This document shows positions 1 to 8,201 of a stretch of DNA of 64,000 nt, piece by piece. Source of the stretch: Fidelibacterota bacterium (GTDB lineage Bacteria > Fidelibacterota > Fidelibacteria > Fidelibacterales > DSDE01); NCBI GenBank assembly GCA_046735395.1, contig JBJKQR010000036.1, positions 1-64,000 of the forward strand, given 5' to 3'. Every line of letters starts with the position of its first letter. Positions within the stretch are counted from its first letter, which is position 1. The notes beneath the pieces are model-generated. The model was given only the letters and a program-made list of their open reading frames with translations. It did not search any database and was not told the origin of the DNA. Both the position numbers and the translations under genes were made by a program.

Positions 1-92
1 TAGCGAGAAACGAGTATCGACGGTTATCATAGCAGGGCAAATTTTCGTTTCTTTCGCTTTAACGCGCTCACGCGCCAACACTCCAACGCCCC

Positions 93-391
93 AACCCGCA
101 AACTTGCTTCCTCATGAATGCTACGTCCATGTCAATGCCCTCTTTCTTTCTCTGACTGACCAGAGAAAGAAACAAAGAGAGTCCATCCGTCTTCGTCCGT
201 CTGCTAAGGACTACGACGCGACAGGGAAGCTGAAGAAAAACAGGGACAGGGCCTTCGTTCCGCCTGAATCTCTCGATGCCTGCAAAGCCAGGCCGAATAG
301 ATTCTTAACGGCTGCACTGCGACCCTTTTTAAATTCATAAACGCTCCTTCTCTAAAATCCTGTTTTTCTTATGCTCCAAAGCGAAGAGGAG
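93..391 (+). repeat. ~260-300 bp dispersed non-coding repeat (MITE-like), copy 1, carrying a 40-bp insert at 185-224
   Basis: Near-identical reverse complement at 43011-43269; internal hairpin TTTCTCTG-actgac-CAGAGAAA. Confidence 0.85.
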
Positions 392-428
392 TTTCAAAAG
401 CCCTGCACACATTTTATAAAGGGCTGTC

Positions 429-449
429 ATTGCGGGCTTGACCCGCAAT
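429..449. repeat. Small palindrome ATTGCGGG-cttga-CCCGCAAT
   Basis: Perfect 8-bp inverted repeat inside the repeat-rich intergenic region. Confidence 0.6.
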
Positions 450-525
450 CCGGGTTACGAGGTGCGAGGATGCCAACAAAATCAAGACATGAGTAATAGT
501 TTACCGCTCTTTAAATAGTGGGGAC

Positions 526-549
526 AGACGTTGCATGCAACGTCTCTAC
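526..549. repeat. GTAG-type REP-like palindrome (AGACGTTGCATGCAACGTCTCTAC)
   Basis: Perfect palindrome core; second copy at 25115-25142. Confidence 0.75.
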
Positions 550-575
550 CGAAAGTCTATAAACTTGGTGAATTT

Positions 576-650
576 TGTTTCTTCCCCGTCTACCCGTCTA
601 CTCGTCTACCAGTCAACTCGTCAACTCGTCAACTCGCCAACCTGCCAACG
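576..650 (+). repeat. Octamer microrepeat tract (CCGTCTAC / TCAACTCG units)
   Basis: Tandem degenerate 8-mers; same units at 11125-11162 and, inverted, at 42730-42810. Confidence 0.75.
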
Positions 651-679
651 GTTCCCCGCCCGGTCAATCCGTGAGGTCC

Positions 680-698
680 GTCACCTGATTCATGTGAC
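680..698. promoter_or_regulatory. Putative operator GTCAC-N9-GTGAC upstream of TM-Cys4 paralogue 1
   Basis: Palindrome conserved at the equivalent position (9154-9172) upstream of paralogue 2. Confidence 0.45.
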
Positions 699-831
699 GA
701 AGGGCAGAAACGGGGCCGGGGCCGCTTGACGAACTGTCCGGATTTGCGTAGTCTTACACAGGCGCTGCAAAAGGGAGCAGAAAATCAACTCCGCGGCGCT
801 CAGATGAATCGAAGACAGGATGAGGTGAACA

Positions 832-1353
832 ATGCAGATACGATTACAATACCCCCCCGACAGCGGCAGAAACCGATGTGAAAAGAAGCTGACAGGCCAG
901 GTCCTCCGGATTAGCCTGATTATGATTCTGGGCATGACCGCCTATGAATCACTCAAGCAACTGATCTCTCCCGGCATCACCGTCTGGGAATCACACATTG
1001 TTACAATTATTTTCAGTACAACGATTGCAGCAATTACCTCTTTTATCTTCCTGCGTAAATATATCGAGCTGAATGGGCACCTGAATGCAAAACGCCTCGA
1101 AAGCCTCCGGCTTCAGAATGAACTGAATGTCACGGTTAAAAAGCTGCAGGGCACACTGAGCGCCGTCAAAACCCTCTCGGGCATGCTGCCCGTCTGCTCC
1201 TCCTGCCGGAAAATCAGGGACGATGACGGCCACTGGGACAGAATCGAAGTCTATATCATGAAACATACGAACGTGGATTTTTCCCACGGCCTCTGCCCCG
1301 ACTGCGCCCATGACCTCTATCCCGAAATTTTCGACAAACCCAATGTGGCGTAA
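832..1353 (+). CDS. 2-TM membrane protein with coiled coil and C-terminal CxxC...SHGLCxxC domain
   Basis: RBS-like GAGGTG; two hydrophobic helices; LPVCSSCRKIRDD..W..FSHGLCPDC; paralogue at 9310-9894. Confidence 0.85.
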   Translation: MQIRLQYPPDSGRNRCEKKLTGQVLRISLIMILGMTAYESLKQLISPGITVWESHIVTIIFSTTIAAITSFIFLRKYIELNGHLNAKRLESLRLQNELNVTVKKLQGTLSAVKTLSGMLPVCSSCRKIRDDDGHWDRIEVYIMKHTNVDFSHGLCPDCAHDLYPEIFDKPNVA

Positions 1354-1364
1354 AATATCAGGTA

Positions 1365-1880
1365 CGAGTCGCCCGTCTACGTTTCACTTCGACAGTATCG
1401 AGTAGCCCGTCTTCGTACTCCTTCGCCGCAGATAAGCGGCTTCGGAGCACCACGACGCGGCAGGCGAGTAACGAGCAACCCTCAGGAGCGTGCTGCGTAA
1501 TTCCATAGCAGGGCAAATTCTCGTTTTTTCCTCAGGCTCAACCTCAACCTTAACCTCAACCTTAGCCTTCCTTCGCGCCCTTTGCGGCCGGCGTTAACCC
1601 CGCCGTTTTAAGCGGGGCGAGAAACGTTCTTCGGCATCAACACGGTTGAAAGAAGCTGGAAGCCGGAAGTTTGAAGCTTGCGTCGCCGGTTCCCGGCTCC
1701 TGAAACAGCCCCACACGATTACACGTTGATATTCCCGATAATGCCGGCTCTCACAGCAGGGCAAATTCTTGTTTCTTCCCTACTCTACCACTTTACTACT
1801 CTACCGCTCTACATGTTCCGTTTCTTCCTCAACCTCAACCTTAACCTTAACCTCAACTTTCTTTCGCGGTCTTTGCGAGA
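1365..1880. repeat. Mosaic repeat region (CGAGTAN heptamers, CAYAGCAGGGCAAATT anchors, CTCAAC/CTTAAC hexamers, CTCTAC-type octamers, small hairpins)
   Basis: Modules shared with 1-90 and 42700-43460. Confidence 0.75.
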
Positions 1881-2188
1881 GGATGGTTCCCAACAAAAAA
1901 ACTCTTTGCAGAAACACTCAGCGTGTTTAAATTCAGCCGGTTAAGAGGGTTAGGAATTACGTGATGGCCACGCTCAAAATGGATGGAATCCTTTCCGGTT
2001 GCCCGGCGGCAGCTTCCGGGACGGACAGGGTTCGGACTGTGGGAAATGCCGGGAAACCTGAACATGCCTGAAGAAGTCCGGAAAAATAAAATCAGGCCTG
2101 TTATCCGGATTCAGGATAAAGCGCAGAACCCGCGGATGTATCACCGTATTTTTCCGGTTTACCGATATTTATGGGATACGTTCAATGA

Positions 2189-2254
2189 ATATTATCAGGA
2201 AACCAGATAACACGTTATGATATTATAAGGAAACCGTATAATAAATAGTTATGT
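2189..2254 (+). mobile_element. Putative integron attI site
   Basis: GTATAAT-AAATA-GTTATGT simple site (2236-2254); 22-bp direct repeats at 2189-2210 and 2220-2241 (19/22 identical); GTTATGT is complementary to cassette 1 inverse core ACATAAC. Confidence 0.7.
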
Positions 2255-2273
2255 CTTTATAGAGGAGATATTC

Positions 2274-4133
2274 ATGCCAGATTCTCAGATCGTAAACCTA
2301 GAAGAACGCGCTAAAACAGCGATAAGTCTTGGCGAAAGTCATTTCCGAGAGTTTAAAAGCGCACTCCAAGGACCACCTTCGGCTAAGACTTCTCGGAGTT
2401 CTAATAGTATAGCACGCGATATAGGTGAAGCGCTTGTCGCGTTTGCTAATGCAGACGGCGGAGAATTGCTGATAGGAGTGGAGGATGACGGTACAATTAC
2501 CGGCACAAATAAGCTGAACGAATCAGACATGCAACGTCTTGCTGAGGCTCCTAAAAGCAACGTTCATGGAAAGACGCCATTACCACCAGTACGAATTGCG
2601 ACTTTGGTTTTGGACGGCCTGAGAATTCTCTATTTTTCTATACATAAAAGCACGTCACACATACATCTCACTTCAGACGGACGCTGCGTGCAACGCCGGG
2701 ACTTAGAGACACTTCCGATCCCAGCGGAGGAAATAATTTTTGGTCGCCGTGAACGCGAATCTCGCGAATATGACCGCGAGTACATCGATTCTGCAAAAGT
2801 TAATGATTTGAATGCTGGCCTCATCCAAGCAGTTGCCGAGCAGATATCACCCGGGATGAGTGTTGAGAAATGCCTACAGTATCTCGATATAGCGGAATAC
2901 ATCGGCCCAGGCCTTAGATTGCGGCGTTCCGCTCCTCTACTTTTTGCTAAGGAACCGAGTAAATGGCACCCCCGACTTCAACTCCGAATAATCAAAGTTG
3001 AAGGAACCGAATTGAAGTCTGGTTCGCAGTACAACGCAAAATCAGATCAGACTGTAACAGGCAACATCCTTGAGCTGGTTGAAAAGGGCTGGGAGGCACT
3101 ACGTCCTCAGTTAGTTCAAACACGCCTCGGCAAAGATGCCCGTTTCGGAACAACCATCATGTATCCAGAACTCGCATGCCGCGAGGCTCTCGTCAATGCT
3201 ATCGCTCATCGCGACTACTCAGAAGAAGGTCGAGGGGTAGAGATATATGTCTTCGACGATCGTATGGAGGTCCGCAACCCAGGTGCATTGCTATCTACAA
3301 TCACGATTGCAGACTTAGTCCGGCTTGAGGGCGTCCATCAATCACGAAATGCCACTATAGCTAGAGTATTGCGAGAAGCAGGCTACATGCGAGAACTCGG
3401 TGAAGGAATGCGCCGAATGTTTGAGTTGATGAAGAAAAGCGAATTGACACAACCAGAACTGACAAGCAGCACAAATTCTTTCTGTGTCACGTTACGTCAC
3501 AGCACTATTTACAGTTCAGCGCAAAAACTTTGGCTAGAGCAGTTTGATTCCTTCAATCTGAGTCGAGAACAAAAGGCAATCGTCGTACTAGGTATTGGCG
3601 GAAACATAATCGCCCCTCAGGATATATGGGAAAGCTTAGGCATCGTTGATACCGAACATTATCGTCAACTAATTGAGTCTCTTCAAGTTCTCCGCATTTT
3701 GCGGTCAGAAGTGCCCAAAGCAGTAGCGCAAAAAGAAGCACGTCGACGTCGAACATCAGTTCGCAAGGTTCCGAGGTTCAAGATCACCGTTCCAGAACGC
3801 GAGGGCATGGTTGCGTCAAAACCTGCCGTCTCTGAGCCAATATGTGATGAACGTGCGAACAACCCTGATCCGGAGGCACGGCTGTGGATCGCAAATCTCC
3901 CTAGCTCTATCGAGGAATCAGAATTGACGGAGTTTCTTACACCCTTTGGAGAGATACAGGATGTATGCATCCCCCGTCATTTTGACACAGGGAAAGCGAA
4001 AGGATATGCATTCGTCGAATTTGAAAATAAGGCAATAGCACAAGAACTTATCCCTAAGCTTAATGGTCTGAAGTTCTCTGGCTATTCACTTGTAGTTCGT
4101 AAAGCAACACCAAAAAGGGACATAACCATGTAA
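2274..4133 (+). CDS. Cassette 1: Schlafen/AlbA_2 domain + HATPase_c_4 (RecG C-terminal-like) domain + C-terminal RRM
   Basis: GES..REFK, AFANADGG.LLIGVEDDG, REALVNAIAHRDY, SRN..IARVL, ELGEGM; RNP2 LWIANL and RNP1 KGYAFVEF. Confidence 0.9.
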   Translation: MPDSQIVNLEERAKTAISLGESHFREFKSALQGPPSAKTSRSSNSIARDIGEALVAFANADGGELLIGVEDDGTITGTNKLNESDMQRLAEAPKSNVHGKTPLPPVRIATLVLDGLRILYFSIHKSTSHIHLTSDGRCVQRRDLETLPIPAEEIIFGRRERESREYDREYIDSAKVNDLNAGLIQAVAEQISPGMSVEKCLQYLDIAEYIGPGLRLRRSAPLLFAKEPSKWHPRLQLRIIKVEGTELKSGSQYNAKSDQTVTGNILELVEKGWEALRPQLVQTRLGKDARFGTTIMYPELACREALVNAIAHRDYSEEGRGVEIYVFDDRMEVRNPGALLSTITIADLVRLEGVHQSRNATIARVLREAGYMRELGEGMRRMFELMKKSELTQPELTSSTNSFCVTLRHSTIYSSAQKLWLEQFDSFNLSREQKAIVVLGIGGNIIAPQDIWESLGIVDTEHYRQLIESLQVLRILRSEVPKAVAQKEARRRRTSVRKVPRFKITVPEREGMVASKPAVSEPICDERANNPDPEARLWIANLPSSIEESELTEFLTPFGEIQDVCIPRHFDTGKAKGYAFVEFENKAIAQELIPKLNGLKFSGYSLVVRKATPKRDITM

Positions 4134-4207
4134 TTCAGCGGATGGCGGTAACGTCGGCGGCCTTACGGGCAAGTTCATTGGCGCCACCGCTGAGCTAAAC
4201 GTTATAT
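4120..4207 (+). mobile_element. attC site 1 (88 bp)
   Basis: ACATAAC...GTTATAT; internal TCAGCGG(A)TGGCG / CGCCACCGCTGA stem with one unpaired base. Confidence 0.9.
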
Positions 4208-4210
4208 GCC

Positions 4211-4543
4211 ATGAAAAAGAATCAACTGACCCAAGGTAAAACCAAGCGAGTGATGTACATCGAAAATAAAGACGGCGACATTGATGGTGTTGCTGCGCGT
4301 GTTGGCTGGGTTGAATTTTCAAAAACTGGTCTTAGCGTTTACTATCGTGGCCGTACACTAAAACGAGCAAAAGGTGGTGGCATTAGCGGGAACCACTATG
4401 ACGAAGAGACAGGCGAAGAATATTGGATTTCTGGCATTAAAAAACACGGTTCTAATGCTCACTGGGCAGAGTCAGTAGATATAGCTATTGATGATGATGC
4501 TAAAGAAGAATATGAAAGAATTAAATATGAAAATGGCATATAA
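4211..4543 (+). CDS. Cassette 2: 110-aa conserved hypothetical protein
   Basis: Fills the cassette; stop codon lies in inverse core ATATAAC; motifs MYIENK, FSKTG.SVYYRG, GEEYWISG.KK. Confidence 0.85.
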   Translation: MKKNQLTQGKTKRVMYIENKDGDIDGVAARVGWVEFSKTGLSVYYRGRTLKRAKGGGISGNHYDEETGEEYWISGIKKHGSNAHWAESVDIAIDDDAKEEYERIKYENGI

Positions 4544-4597
4544 CAAGTCAAGCCAGCCGACGCCAAAAAGCGGCGTGGCTACTTTCCAACGTTAGGG
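4538..4597 (+). mobile_element. attC site 2 (60 bp)
   Basis: ATATAAC...GTTAGGG; AGCC(G)ACGCC / GGCGTGGCT stem. Confidence 0.9.
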
Positions 4598-4610
4598 CAC
4601 CAAAAACATC

Positions 4611-5255
4611 ATGAATACAGAGAAAAGTGAAACTTATAAAATTGGGATGGATGGCGAGTGGTCACTGGAAGATTTGTACATATTCCCTCATACATATATC
4701 CATATCTATTCATTTTTGTATTCATTCTTGAGGCCGATCGAAGACTTCGATGACGAAGATGATCGTTTAGTAATAACGTACTCTGCACATCCATGGCGGG
4801 GTGGCTATAGTGCTGTAAATTTTTATAATAATTTAAAATATATAGTCGAGCCACAACATCGGCCTCAAATTAAATCAATTCAATATGCATCTCCTGGTTG
4901 GCTGGAGCTCACAGTGCTTGTTGGCATTGCATTAAATATCAAAAAAATCGTCTTATGTTTTACGGAATCAGCAAATGAACTCAATAAATTATACAGCAAT
5001 ATATACAAAGGAATGCATGACAGAAAAATGATGGACATCGAAGCAAAGAGACAATCTTTGCTTTTGTCAAAAGAGCAAAGCGACTTTGCCATCGAATCAG
5101 CAAACAAACTCAGTCAGCTACTCGGGTTTGAGAATGTTGCGCAGATACAAAAACTGACAAAAAACCCTTTGGCAACTTTAAAGATATTGCTCTCATTTTA
5201 TCGCAAAATAAAGGTGCTTGCAGAGTTCAATTCAAAAGAAAAAACAAAGTTTTAA
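4611..5255 (+). CDS. Cassette 3: 214-aa hypothetical protein
   Basis: AT-rich ORF filling the cassette; motifs PWRGGYS and IQYASPGWLEL. Confidence 0.85.
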   Translation: MNTEKSETYKIGMDGEWSLEDLYIFPHTYIHIYSFLYSFLRPIEDFDDEDDRLVITYSAHPWRGGYSAVNFYNNLKYIVEPQHRPQIKSIQYASPGWLELTVLVGIALNIKKIVLCFTESANELNKLYSNIYKGMHDRKMMDIEAKRQSLLLSKEQSDFAIESANKLSQLLGFENVAQIQKLTKNPLATLKILLSFYRKIKVLAEFNSKEKTKF

Positions 5256-5256
5256 G

Positions 5257-5348
5257 CCCTAACAATAGGGTCAACCTGACTGGAAGAAGCGCGGCGGCGC
5301 TAGACGCGGCAAGGTTAGGTGGCCAGCAGGTTACCCAAAACGTTAGAG
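5257..5348 (+). mobile_element. attC site 3 (92 bp)
   Basis: CCCTAAC...GTTAGAG; GGGT(C)AACCTG(A)CTGG / CCAGCAGGTTACCC stem with two extrahelical bases. Confidence 0.9.
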
Positions 5349-5373
5349 AGTTTGCATTAGAAGGAGAATCAGC

Positions 5374-5952
5374 ATAAAAACATTACTTGAATACCTTAAA
5401 TACTATGGAATATTTCTAATTGCGACAGCCCTGTTGTTTGGTCTCAAATATCAAAATGTAAAAGATAGTAGAGATCCAATAATCACAGTATCTGATTCAA
5501 CAAGTATCGACTCGCTTTTAAATAATTTTCCAAATTTCGATGTTCCCGAAGGTTATTACATTGAATCGGCCGGATACAATGTCGACTCTAAGAGTGTAAA
5601 ATTGTTATCAATTGAAGATAGAAGTCAAATGATACTCCTATTGGAATCTGAAAATCAAGGAATTCAAGGGGTTACAACCCCGGCACTTCGACAGATGATG
5701 AGATTGACGGACTCTTTTAAGACCATATCATCAAGGGATACCTCTTACACCATCGAAGAGCATGATTATGATTTCATCTTTAGTGAAGGGTTTAAGGAAA
5801 GTAAGGATGAATTACTTTATGAATTTTTTGGGGTTTTCAATGATTTGGAGAAACCACTAGTGGTTATTGCGTACGGTCCTTTGGATCGCTTCGATGCACA
5901 AAAAGTAGATAAATTCATAAATTCTATTCAGATTAAGAGTGATGAACAATGA
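5374..5952 (+). CDS. Cassette 4 gene A: membrane-anchored hypothetical protein (probable ATA start at 5374; ORF track starts at 5434)
   Basis: AAGGAG at 5361-5366; in-frame extension adds a hydrophobic N-terminus KTLLEYLKYYGIFLIATALLFG. Confidence 0.7.
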   Translation: MKTLLEYLKYYGIFLIATALLFGLKYQNVKDSRDPIITVSDSTSIDSLLNNFPNFDVPEGYYIESAGYNVDSKSVKLLSIEDRSQMILLLESENQGIQGVTTPALRQMMRLTDSFKTISSRDTSYTIEEHDYDFIFSEGFKESKDELLYEFFGVFNDLEKPLVVIAYGPLDRFDAQKVDKFINSIQIKSDEQ

Positions 5953-6542
5953 TTAGAAAAACAATTATATCCAATAAATCTAGATTCAGAGTTGCAACAA
6001 TTGAAATAGCCCAACTTGTCAAGAATGGTATGGGGAATCAGGAGATTGTTGATCATCTCAAACACAAATATCAGGAGTCTGAAACAGCTAAAATACTTCA
6101 TTGGTTGGAACAGGGAGTGGATCATGAGCACATCAATTTTTACACAAAGCTGCTAAAGGTAACGCTTTGGTTGATGTTACTTATAAAAGCGAATAACATA
6201 CCTTCATTTTTAATGGTAACGGATTTTCCACTTTGGGGCCTGGTTGGTCTATTACTGGTAGGACCATCACTGATTATAATTGGTCTCATGCTTACTGATA
6301 GACCAGGCAAATTGAATTACTATTTGATTATGATGTTTTGTCTTTGGTCCTTGAATAAGGTCGAATGGAGTCTTCCAAAAGGAGATTTCTTGGCGAACCT
6401 AATATTCGTTGGTAGCATTTTGCTTACCATAGCAAGTGGGGGCCTAGCGTTCTACTTGTCTCGAACTGTTGAAGATGGACCTCTGATGGTAGAGAAGGCA
6501 CTGAATTCAAGTGTCACTGATGTTGAATCCACACCTCTCTAA
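5949..6542 (+). CDS. Cassette 4 gene B: ~4-TM membrane protein
   Basis: ATGA overlap with gene A; stop codon in inverse core CTCTAAC. Confidence 0.8.
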   Translation: MIRKTIISNKSRFRVATIEIAQLVKNGMGNQEIVDHLKHKYQESETAKILHWLEQGVDHEHINFYTKLLKVTLWLMLLIKANNIPSFLMVTDFPLWGLVGLLLVGPSLIIIGLMLTDRPGKLNYYLIMMFCLWSLNKVEWSLPKGDFLANLIFVGSILLTIASGGLAFYLSRTVEDGPLMVEKALNSSVTDVESTPL

Positions 6543-6594
6543 CAAAAGTTTGTAGCTGACTCACAGCAGTTTAGGGGGATTTTGAATGTTAAGT
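6537..6594 (+). mobile_element. attC site 4, degenerate or truncated
   Basis: CTCTCTAAC matches the cassette start GTTAGAGAG; GTTAAGT at 6588-6594, but the internal stem pairs poorly. Confidence 0.55.
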
Positions 6595-6623
6595 GCTCAC
6601 CCGAAGGCCTGCCGGCAGGAATC

Positions 6624-8201
6624 CTAATTCTTCCAGTATTTTCCGGATTCAACGATCGACTGAAACGCGAAAACCATGCTTTCTCCGAGCATTCTGAATT
6701 TCATGGCGTCCTTTTCGGTGCGCAGGTAATCTGAAAGGAAGTTGTTGAGCATGATATCGCCGTTCTGGAAGGGGCCGCCGAAACCGAAGGTGCAGATCAG
6801 TTTTCCAGCGTCTATTTTTTCCTGCATGACCTTCCTGTAACTTCCTGTAAAAGCCGCAATCGCGATCATCGTTCCGTGGCAGCGTTCGAAATCAATGTTT
6901 TCCGGATTCTTCAGGTCGCCAATGCTGAGTCCTATCTGCTCAATCAATGGAAGAAGGCTTTGAAGCGGGCTTGTGGGGTCTGTTATGTCATCAATCGGGC
7001 GTACCGCAAGTATTCCCGAAGCGGCGGATAAGGGCTGTGGAAAGGTGGGGTTGTTATCGGTCTGCCCGATGCAGACCAGGACGCGGTCTCCCATGCCGGA
7101 AAGGTGTTCCTGTACACCCATAGGCAGTTTTTTGGCATCGGTCACGATCCAGGAATCTGCCTGCCAGACATAGCTTTTTCCGTTCAGGACAGACAGCTTC
7201 TGGTATTCATTCACTAACAGGTGTCCGGCGTCCGCCAGGGTGTCGGCTTTCTTTGACAGGCCGAAGAGAAAGCTGTCCATGCTGTTCATCTTGTTGCTGA
7301 CGAAGACTTCTTCCTTGAAGATGAACTCATGCTTTGTTGTCTCTTCTTCTATGATTTGGGCTGTCTTTCTTCCCTGTTCGATGGAAGCAGCAAGATCTTC
7401 TACGGCGGAGATCAATTCATCAATCTTGTTTTGGTTAATTCTGGTCTGTTCGCCGAGGTCATTGCTTCCATTGGAAATTTCACGGATTATTTCCTGCTGA
7501 TCACGGGCCTGCGCTTCAACCGCGTCGCTTTCTTTCTGCATGGCCGACATGACCGGCAGGAAGCCTTCCAGCTGGGAACGCTGGGATGCGATGACTTTGC
7601 CGTTTTCCTGCTGCAGCTGCAGCATTTCCTGTGCAACGACAGCGAACCCGCGACCCACCGTGCCGGCATGAGCCGCTTCGATTCGGCCGTTCATGCTCAG
7701 CAGACTCAATCGACCTGAGACTTCATCGATAGTATCTATGGCATTGGCCATAAACACCCGGATAGATTCAAGGTGCCCCAGTTCCGACTTGAGCGCTTTG
7801 GCTTTTACAACTTCATTTTCGGATGCGCTGTTTGCTTCAACTGTGCGAAGGTTGATTTTTTCCTGGGTTTCAGACTGGCTTTGAAAGCTGATTCCCAGCT
7901 CTCTGGTAATGTTCGCAAGTGAATGTACAGCTTTGAGCATTTCCTCATAGGAGCTTGAGATTTCTTTTACGGATTTGAGAACGGAATTGACGGTTTCCGA
8001 AAGTTCCCCGGTGCTTTGGGTCTGGTCTTTCAAGCGTTTCTGATAGGAATTCCGCAGACTGTCAGTGCCGCTTCGACTCAGTTCAATGCGGGTTTTGAGA
8101 GCACTGTTCTCTGCCGAGAGCCTGTCCCGCTCGCGTTCGAGTTCCTTAATGCGTAACCTGGATGGTTCCTTTTTTCCGAGTACTTGATCAATCAAACCCA
8201 T
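6624..8201 (-). CDS. Soluble methyl-accepting chemotaxis-like protein with an extra C-terminal domain
   Basis: MCP tip LLSMNGRIEAAHAGTVGRGFAVVAQEM; no TM helix; RBS GAGGAGG. Confidence 0.85.
   Translation of the reverse strand: MGLIDQVLGKKEPSRLRIKELERERDRLSAENSALKTRIELSRSGTDSLRNSYQKRLKDQTQSTGELSETVNSVLKSVKEISSSYEEMLKAVHSLANITRELGISFQSQSETQEKINLRTVEANSASENEVVKAKALKSELGHLESIRVFMANAIDTIDEVSGRLSLLSMNGRIEAAHAGTVGRGFAVVAQEMLQLQQENGKVIASQRSQLEGFLPVMSAMQKESDAVEAQARDQQEIIREISNGSNDLGEQTRINQNKIDELISAVEDLAASIEQGRKTAQIIEEETTKHEFIFKEEVFVSNKMNSMDSFLFGLSKKADTLADAGHLLVNEYQKLSVLNGKSYVWQADSWIVTDAKKLPMGVQEHLSGMGDRVLVCIGQTDNNPTFPQPLSAASGILAVRPIDDITDPTSPLQSLLPLIEQIGLSIGDLKNPENIDFERCHGTMIAIAAFTGSYRKVMQEKIDAGKLICTFGFGGPFQNGDIMLNNFLSDYLRTEKDAMKFRMLGESMVFAFQSIVESGKYWKN

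Noticed and set aside
104..935. Short ORFs 104-340, 535-729, 690-935 (also 1678-1944 and 42635-43535)
   Set aside because: They are translations of non-coding repeats (e.g. LNLNLN, STRQLVNS)
1..1880. CRISPR array in the repeat-rich regions (also 42700-43460)
   Set aside because: No constant-length repeats with unique spacers; no cas genes
1853..2210. intI or an intI remnant upstream of attI
   Set aside because: No tyrosine-recombinase motifs recognised in the ORFs on either strand
4211..4543. 1-deoxy-D-xylulose-5-phosphate synthase label that I recall being attached to similar small proteins
   Set aside because: 110 aa with no TPP-binding motif; cannot be DXS
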